The translations under genes were made by a program, and so were the position numbers. From assembly GCF_006345805.1 (NCBI RefSeq), contig NC_042999.1, positions 171,864,001 to 171,928,000 on the forward strand: a stretch of DNA of 64,000 bases. Direction: 5' to 3'. Numbering within the stretch: position 1 is the first letter of the stretch; each line of letters starts with the position of its first letter. Of this stretch, positions 56,017-64,000 are shown one piece after another. The stretch is from Octopus sinensis (taxonomy: Eukaryota). A model generated the notes under the pieces. That model was not told the origin of the DNA. It searched no databases and saw only the letters and a list, made by a program, of their open reading frames with translations.

Positions 56017-56895
56017 TATACGTGGTTTAATCCATAAGTATCTGGACTGTTGCCATCGTAACAAAGATAAAGCGAGTAGCGTGAAACCGCTTAGCAAATA
56101 ATGATCGTGAAATCTGCTGTGCATGCGCTCTAAATTGTAATGTTCTAGCATACATCTGCTGTTTACAGCAGTGCTTCGAAGGAAGGTGTGTAGCATGTGA
56201 TCGCCGCGTTAAACATGACAGAGAGAGATGAACAGGGAATCTTAATCAAATTTTACCAAAAGCTTGGCGATACCTACTCAGCAGCCTACGCAAAGTTTTC
56301 AAACACTTTTCATCATTCTCGACGCAATTAAAGAGATCAACTGAAACGTGAGTGTCTTTTTGGTCAGCTTAAAAGCAGTTTAGGGCACAAATTTGACAGA
56401 CATGCATCTCATACCCAAATCTTCATTGATAATGGACTGAACCGTAACTAATCATCACGTCCTCTGATAATTCACGGATGGTAATTCAACGATTTTCCCC
56501 TCATAACAGCACGCACATTTGCGTGCAGCTGTCTTTCGCTCAGTTCTGCTGGTTGCAGGTCTCCCTGAATGGTCGTGAATATCGACATTTTTTCAGATAA
56601 CTTGGAAACATCTTAACTACTCGTACATCAGTGTGCGGCTCAAACATTCCTCTCCATACATTTTCTGCAAATTTGTGAAGACCTCTGAGCAGGTGTCGGC
56701 ATAACAACTTCCTCTGTCTTGGTCAATGCGCGCTATACACCTTCTTTCCAAGCACTGCTGGAAACAGCGGAAGTGAGCTAGAACGTTAACTGTGAGTGCA
56801 CATGCACAACAGAGTTAAATGTCAATCATTTCCAAGTGGCTTGCTTCATTCTGCGTGCTTTATATTCGTTACTAAGGCAACAGACCTCATGTATA
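56017..56895. mobile_element. Two convergent mariner 5' ends (+ 56017-56305; - 56330-56895)
   Basis: Plus: MTERDEQGILIKFYQKLGDTYSAAYAK; minus: LQKMYGEECLSRT...HSGRPATSRT...ITIRELSED...EDLGMRCMSVKFVP; the two 5' UTRs align in inverted orientation. Confidence 0.8.
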
Positions 56896-57439
56896 TTAAT
56901 ATATATAACATAAAAAATAAATGCGCCCTTTTTAAAATCTAGCCAGGCTCATGGGCCCGTTTTCCCGGATTCAATGTATATTTTCACATGTATTTTAGTT
57001 AGAATTTTGCTTGTTTTTTTTATATTAATGCTATTGTTAGGTGTTCCAGTATTATGAGTATTACATATACACCTATTAGTCCGTGTGGGAAGATGAATGG
57101 AGGCGTATCGTCGCCAACACTACTGATTACTCAAAACACTATGATGTTGACTGAATGTTTGATTTTTATCACTCTCGATACATGTCCTCAGATTGCATTG
57201 ACCTCAGATTGACAGTCAGACACTCTGAAATGTTCATATTGGAACTTCCGGCGCGTATGCCAAGCAGTACAGCATGTTGTTTCCAAATTTCTGGCAGAGT
57301 GAACTGCGTAATAGTGCTGTTTTTTTCATAGATGGTGCCAAACTGACCCTTCTATACTGGACAGTCGACAAATCAAAAACAATCAATGCGCGTGCATAAA
57401 ATTAAAAATATAAATTTACCACAATTTACCCATCTAACC

Positions 57440-57475
<36 letters not shown>

Positions 57476-57520
57476 GTGTGTGTGTGTGTGTATGTTTATT
57501 TATGTATATGTATATATATA

Positions 57521-57929
57521 TATATTATATAGAGGGTACTATTATTCATAGGTACCGCACGCTAGGAGGGACTCTTGCAGTCAGAACTACTAAAATAAAA
57601 AAATTGTACCAAATGCAAAACTTCAAAGCAAGTCATTTAAAAACAGAAGTTACATATCACCTGTGATTTCGCAATCAATGCAGAATATGCATTATATGCT
57701 CTTCAGTGCAACGAACTCAAGACATGTAAGGAAACAACACAATATAGCATACCCGACAGCCAACCGTAGAATTCGTCGTAGCATGTACGAATGTTTATCT
57801 TTACATATCTATGAAAATGGCGGGCTTATTCGCAATGCATTTCGGTAACATTTTAGTAGTTCTGACTGCAAGAGTCCCTCCTAGCGTGCGGTACCTATGA
57901 ATAATAGTACCCTCTATATAATATATATA
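57521..57929. mobile_element. Element with perfect ~76-bp terminal inverted repeats in (TA)n, enclosing a hammerhead
   Basis: 57521-57596 equals reverse complement of 57850-57925; internal HHR. Confidence 0.92.
57649..57712 (-). ncRNA. Apparently intact type I hammerhead ribozyme
   Basis: gttgca-CTGAAGA-gca tat aatgca tattc tgcatt gat tgc-GAA-atcac ag gtgat-A-tgtaac: all three stems pair, core complete, AUA cleavage triplet. Confidence 0.88.
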
Positions 57930-58031
57930 AAAAAAATATTTTCAAAGTGGAAAAATTTACAGATTTTTTCTCTTACGAGGTTTTTCACGCTAACTACTGA
58001 TAATTTCTTATAAAGATTTTATCCTTAATTT

Positions 58032-58070
<39 letters not shown>

Positions 58071-61000
58071 GCCTGTAATCATTTTCAAAACGATTTTTAT
58101 TTTAGGACACTGACCTGATGTCAATAAGTTGAAAGCGATAGAATTGGTTTCCCATCTATTACATCTGTACGTTAATGAACACCAGCAGTGTGTTGGGGCA
58201 GAGTTTTTGTCCCTAATTGGATCCCTAGTGGCGAGTGGAATGTTCATTACAGTCCGTCGCATTATTTGGTCAAGTAGTCGTGGGCATGGATATGTTTATC
58301 TGAAATTGAAATGTTTTATGAAAGTAAAATCCCACATCATGTTACCAAGTTACCAGGCTAGGGCTGATAGCTAGTCTTACTAGAACGGTTCGTCTATTTC
58401 ATTTCCTATCATAAGGATTAGTCGTATCTTATTAGTTAGAGGCACTGTCGTTGCACTTTTAACTATGTGTTTTTTATGTGATAGCCTTCTCAAATGATCG
58501 TAATCAAATGCGACTTATGAATGCGTATATTGTAGGATAGATTCATGAATGAATAACACTGTACAGTCTATTTCGTCCAGTAGATTGTAGAGTGTAGACA
58601 CTGAGGGCCATAGTTTAAAATTTGGTACAACCAATACCATCTGTTCGTGACATCAAATTATCTTACTATAGAGTCCGACTTGTGAGTAATCTGTTGCGAA
58701 TAATGACTGCAGTGTTCCTGTCAAAAGTAAAATGTCCACTTTAAACTAATCTTCAGCTCCCAATCTGTTGTTTGATGCCTAACAATATGGATTTTATTAC
58801 TGTATAATTCTTTTTCCGACTTTAGTCACAAATATTTTAAATTTTATTTGAATATTAAAATTGTACGCTCAATTTGGTGCGTGTATGAAGTATCAGGGAA
58901 TCTTCCGACTTAGTTTCAGTTACTGGGCAAAACACACCTGTGTAATAGCTGAATTCATCAATATATTCTGTGGAGTATGAAGGATACAGACACGATAAGC
59001 AGTGTTATTATCGGGAAACTGACGTGTAAATGATATCTAATAATAATGAATAGAATTTTGTTTCGCTATGGAAATTACACACATTCGGTTACATTTTTAA
59101 CCTGGAGAATATTTGCCCTCTAGCCAGGAATATATTTTGAAGCATGAAATCAACTTGAAAGAATTAATAAGAAAGTGAACTTTTATATTTATTTAGGCTT
59201 ACTGACTGAATGGTTTTGTCAGCAGATTAATGAGTATTAACCTGCACTAGTCCATTTGCCATTGAATTATAAACGCTAAACTACATCAGAACCAGTTCAG
59301 CAGCAAGTAATATTTTCTATCAATCATTAACAACGGGAAGTTGTAACCAAGCAGTAGGTTGGGCTTGATGGAGATTATCTCTACTCATCAACGCTTGCAC
59401 ACAAAGCAGCAAACTAACAACATGAATAATTCACACAATGCAGCTTTCGTTTCTATATAGCAATTGTCATTAAGTTAACCATTGCTCTATGATTTCAGTA
59501 TGTAATTTTTTCTTTTTTCATTCTTATCCTGTTGCAAACACGGTTGTATTTTCTTTTCATTTATTTAGCATTATATCGATTTCTTATGAGTAAAGTAAAC
59601 AATATATTTTATAGGAAAGGTATCGTATTATATATCAAAATGTCATCGGGAGATTATTAGGAATTATTCTATCGATTTATGTTGGCAACATATAAAATTA
59701 TGAGAGATCTCACCTAAAACGAAAACGGAGGGAAAATGATAACAGTCAACGTAGGTTAGCGGTCAAACTCTCAGCGATTTCTGTTGATACTGCTCCTTTT
59801 ACAACTATTACTATTCATTTTGATATTGAACCAAAGATAACCCTTTGCTTGTATCAGACGTGATCTGCAGGACATAAATATATAAAAAACAAGCATGGAC
59901 ATTTTGAAAAAAGTTATGAAAATGGTTTAGACAGTCAAAGGGTTAAATTCCCTTCCGATAATATATGTTTAGTTGAAATTACCACACAACCGACTACTTC
60001 AAATAACTACATAAGTTGTACTTATGTTCTAAGAGGCATTCTAGTGAGAAATTTCTTCCCAAGCAACTCCATGCACGGTTTTCTGCTAACGTTAGCTATC
60101 CTTAAGTTCAATAGTGAATTATATGTGGTGCCCCGGATTAGTTAAATCAACGTTTTAATTGTATCCTTAATCTTTACAAGAGAGTCACAGAGCAAATATA
60201 CCTTATGTGTGCATTCAGTGCACTATTTACAAATAGGGTAAGTCCCATATCTAATATAATGGGTAGGAAAGGTCTGGTATATGAGATTATCGATACAATC
60301 AATGAAAAAGAGACCACCATTAATGCAAAAAAAAACAAAGAATCTGAACACAAGCAAGGGAGATTACTCAATTACTAAAAACGAGGTAAAATATAAAATC
60401 TGCATTATATTGATACATATAGATATTAAGCCTAGTGCTGAAAGGAAAATTAATGCTTCGTATTAATTAGATGACTCAACAAAACATGCCCAACTCATGA
60501 CAGCTGGAATTTGTCCTCTGAAGTTCTATCTCTCTCTCTCTCTCTCTCTTTATATATATATTGGGGTTGAATGACTTTAAAAAATGCAAACGCAGAACAG
60601 CTGTGTAAACAGGTATTGTAATCTAGAATGCCCATGCAGCTGAAATTTGGAAGACCCGATTGGTGAAATTATATCATGAGAAGTACATGATGAACAAAAC
60701 GTCAGAAGGTATGAGAGGAGAGTATGTTTAATTAAGCATTTGCTATCCTTTTGTTTGCGATCATTTCGCAGCCTTCTCCATGTAGTAATAATTTCAGTGT
60801 GGTAGAAATTATGTTTATATGTTTGTATTAAGATACATGCATGGCCTTAAACAATACAATCATAAACTAACATCTCAGTGCAAATAAAAAAACTCTAGAG
60901 TAGAGTCGTTGGTGAAAACATATTGTTTTGGTCGAGTATTGAGCTAGAAGGATGTGGAATGGCGGTTAATTCTAAGGATGTCAATCGGTTAAGTAATCGT

Positions 61001-61704
61001 ATTCTCTTTTTAATTAAATTATATTTTTTCTTATTTTTATAATGAATATATAGACAACTTGTCCCGCATTAAGATATATGTATATCAGAAGTTGAAATTT
61101 TTTTTATAAGCAAACAACAAACACTGTCTTCGCAAAACCCTATAAACTAATCAAATTGCTTATAGAACAATGAACAGCTAAATAGAAAGATATAAACATA
61201 CAACCTATACTGAAATAGTTTCGTGAACATCGAAGCACCAGAGAAATACTTTTGTATAGTAACAAATCATGATATGCTTGCCTAATAGCCCCAAATGTAT
61301 TGTGTAGCTTTGACCTTTACATCGTCAAAGCAAAAAAATTAAATACAATAATAGCAATAATAATAAAAATACTATAACACCGTGTGTCACATTAACAAAT
61401 GAGAAACACTACATACTTGTTTACAAATTTCTACATTGCATCAATAAATTCTAAGCAACAACAACCCCAAATTTAATCAATCAAAATGTTTTCAAAATGA
61501 TCCTTGTATAAGAAGCGGCCATAAAATCCGATTACCAAGTAACTGAAACCCACATAACCACAGGTGAAGACCATATGAAGGTAGGACAAACTCTAATTGA
61601 ATCGCAGTCTAGCGATGGCTCACCTGGACGAATATACATATGTGTGTTTGTGTGTGCGTGTGTGTTTCTGCCTGTCTGTCTGTGTATGTTCATATGTATA
61701 TATA

Positions 61705-61736
<32 letters not shown>

Positions 61737-61739
<3 letters not shown>

Positions 61740-62011
61740 CAAAACTAAGAGGAATGACCATTAAAGTGGACATCCTATATGCTAAACATAGACGTCAAAT
61801 CGCCATTACCACGAAGAATGTGTTCTCAAGAACACATTCTTCGTGGTAATGGCGATTTGACGTCTATGCTTAGCATATAAGATGTCCACAAATCGCCATT
61901 GCTACGAAGAATGTGTTCTCAAGAACACATTCTTCGTGGTAATGGCGATTTGATGTCTACGTTTAGCGTATAGGATGTCCACTTTAGTGGTCATTCCTCT
62001 TACTTTTGTAT
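61737..62011. repeat. Nested double palindrome abutting (TA)n
   Basis: Two hairpins centred on gttct-ca-agaac (~61827 and ~61920) inside outer inverted arms tacaaaactaagaggaatgacca / tggtcattcctcttacttttgta. Confidence 0.93.
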
Positions 62012-62094
62012 GTAACACAATTTTTAATCTTCGGATTTTTAAATATGCTAAGCCACTGTTTTTAATTGATTAACATAAATTTCTATCCTTATTA

Positions 62095-62109
<15 letters not shown>

Positions 62110-62136
<27 letters not shown>

Positions 62137-62851
62137 GTAACATATGGTTTCGTAGAGTCGTGTGTCTACCACGGGAATCTCTTCTAGGGGAATCGGCTAT
62201 CAGATCACATAATGATTCAAGACATATGATTTTAATACACAGTTCCATGCAGCTGAAATCCACGAGATCTGATCGATGAGGTTATTTATTGAGGTGTATA
62301 TAAACAATAAATGTCAGGAAGTTAGACAGCTGAATGTTTATATTCAACCACTTGTCTTCCTTCCGGTTACAGCTGTTTCGCCCCTTCTTTATTGTATATG
62401 TCCGTTCTAATACGCACGCTCGCATTATAGAACACAACACAATAGGTGAAGCATTGTGATGGACATAATATCCTGGTGATCTGATAAGCCAGCTTTCTTT
62501 ATCTACATTGTTTTGCGAATTTGTAACGTACCGAGTAATGTGTAGCATGTATATTTATGCAGACATATAAACGTAATTTATTGTACACTAAAATAATTAT
62601 TACTTAAAGTAAGCTGTGAACCGACCGGAATCTTAAGGATGAGAGGTGGTTAAATACATGCTAGAAGGTGCTGAAAAGATCCTGGCTTTAAGTGTGTAGC
62701 GAAAGAACAGGATGAGCTCTTTTATAGAGCTTAGTAAAAGTGAAGGGCCATTGCAATAAGTGTATGAAGCTGAGAGAGGAATATGTCGAATAAAATCCAA
62801 AGTAACTGACCCTCCTGCATTTTCTTTTACCCAAAGCCAGGAACTTTTCAA
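62110..62851 (-). mobile_element. Possible decayed PLE 3' end with hammerhead half-site
   Basis: ORF 62633-62851 weakly resembles the PLE endonuclease C-terminus; gc-gaaac agct gta-accggaa at ~62362-62381 (-); terminates at (TA)n. Confidence 0.35.
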
Positions 62852-62904
62852 ACATATGTTTGTATGTGTTTAGTGTTTGCCTGTATATAATTATACACAC
62901 GTAT

Positions 62905-63065
62905 AGGCGCTGGAGTGGCTATGTGGTAAGAAGTTTGATTCCCACCCACATGGTTCAGGGTTCAGTTCCACAACGTGACACCTTGGGCAAGTGTATTCTC
63001 ATGTAGCCTCTTGCAGACCAAAGCCTTGTGAGAGGATTTGGAAGACAGAAACTGAAAGAAGCTTG
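62905..63065 (+). mobile_element. SINE family A 5' half
   Basis: ggcgctggagtggctatgtggtaag...gggttcagttcc...ccttgggcaagt...aaactgaaagaagc. Confidence 0.85.
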
Positions 63066-63129
63066 TTATACATACATACATACAAACATATATATATATA
63101 TATATATATACATATATATATACATATAT

Positions 63130-64000
63130 ATTATATATAAGGGCTTAGTAAAATAAATTACTTTGCCACATACTGAACTCATTAGAAATAGCAGCTAAAG
63201 AAATTTCTTTAGCTATTTCTAATACTTAAAGAAAATCTCTCTCAGATAGTGTTTGCTCAAACCAACTCACACAGGTATGGGGGAAAAAACATTAAAAAAT
63301 CAAGTGCAAAGGTTATTTGAGAACATACGTTTCTAGATTAGTCAAATCTACATTTCTTTCGTCAGCTCAGAACTCCTTGATTCGGATTTGGGAACACTGA
63401 AAGTGGGAGCATATCCTTTAGGCTTCTTATCACCTCTAGATTTCCGCTCGAACTAAAAGTGCTATCAAATTCGAAATATGCAAGCGAAGAATTTCTGCTC
63501 TCCCCTCTCCACCAGCGTGGGTTAAAATTGACAAACACTATGTTTTATCTGTGAAAACCGACGCATTAAACAGAGAGAAATGAATTATAATTTCAACAAT
63601 TGAGGGTAAAATTAATTAATTATTAATCAATTTCACCAAGTATTCAGTATGTAAAGGGACCATTTTAGGCGAATTCAAAATATTACATTATATATAAGGG
63701 CTTAGTAAAATAAATTACATTGCCACATACTGAACTCATTAGAAATAGCAGCTAAAGAAATTTCTTTAGCTATTTCTAATACTTAAAGAAAATCTCTCTC
63801 AGATAGTGTTTGCTCAAACCAACTCACACAGGTATGGGGGAAAAAACATTAAAAAATCAAGTGCAAAGGTTATTTGAGAACGTACGTTTCTAGATTAGTC
63901 AAATCGACGTGGCAAAGTAATTTATTTTACTAAGCCCTTATATATAATGTAATATTTTGAATTCGCCTAAAATGATCCCTTTACATACTGAATACTTGGT
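63130..64000. mobile_element. Young partial-tandem (557-bp unit) plus inverted repeat element with hammerhead motif; runs off window end
   Basis: 63130-63348 repeated at 63687-63905; 63909-64000 is reverse complement of 63635-63726; minus-strand tgag-ctgacga...gaaac gtat/gtac gtt-ctca at 63318-63369. Confidence 0.88.

Noticed and set aside
58900-58965. Minus-strand ttgatga...gaaac taa gtc ggaag
   Set aside because: Stem I does not pair and stem II register is inconsistent
60181-60243. Candidate 57-nt plus-strand exon ending G|GTAAGT (also 38603-38654)
   Set aside because: Splice-like signals alone are common; no homology or partner exons recognised

Overview
AT-rich, microsatellite-dense animal genomic DNA (intergenic or long-intron character), most likely Octopus/cephalopod judging from the SINE families (recognition from memory, not verified). 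No confident host protein-coding gene is present; most listed ORFs are translations of (TA)n/(CA)n/(GATA)n repeats. The window is a graveyard of transposons: a decayed APE+RT LINE (22.7-25.3 kb), two R4/Dong-type RLE LINE fragments, several tRNA-type SINE families, mariner and hAT remnants, a tandem pair of non-autonomous Helitrons, and Penelope-like (PLE) RT and GIY-YIG fragments. The most striking signal is a dispersed set of at least nine sequence-unrelated small elements carrying type I hammerhead ribozyme (HHR) motifs. Most abut (TA)n/(TG)n tracts, and many are arranged as fold-back palindromes or partial tandem repeats (best examples 57649-57712, 50908-50977, 44203-44457, 29531-30089, 63318-63369). 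This looks like an extensive system of non-autonomous, microsatellite-targeting Penelope-derived ribozyme elements. All folds and alignments were done by eye.
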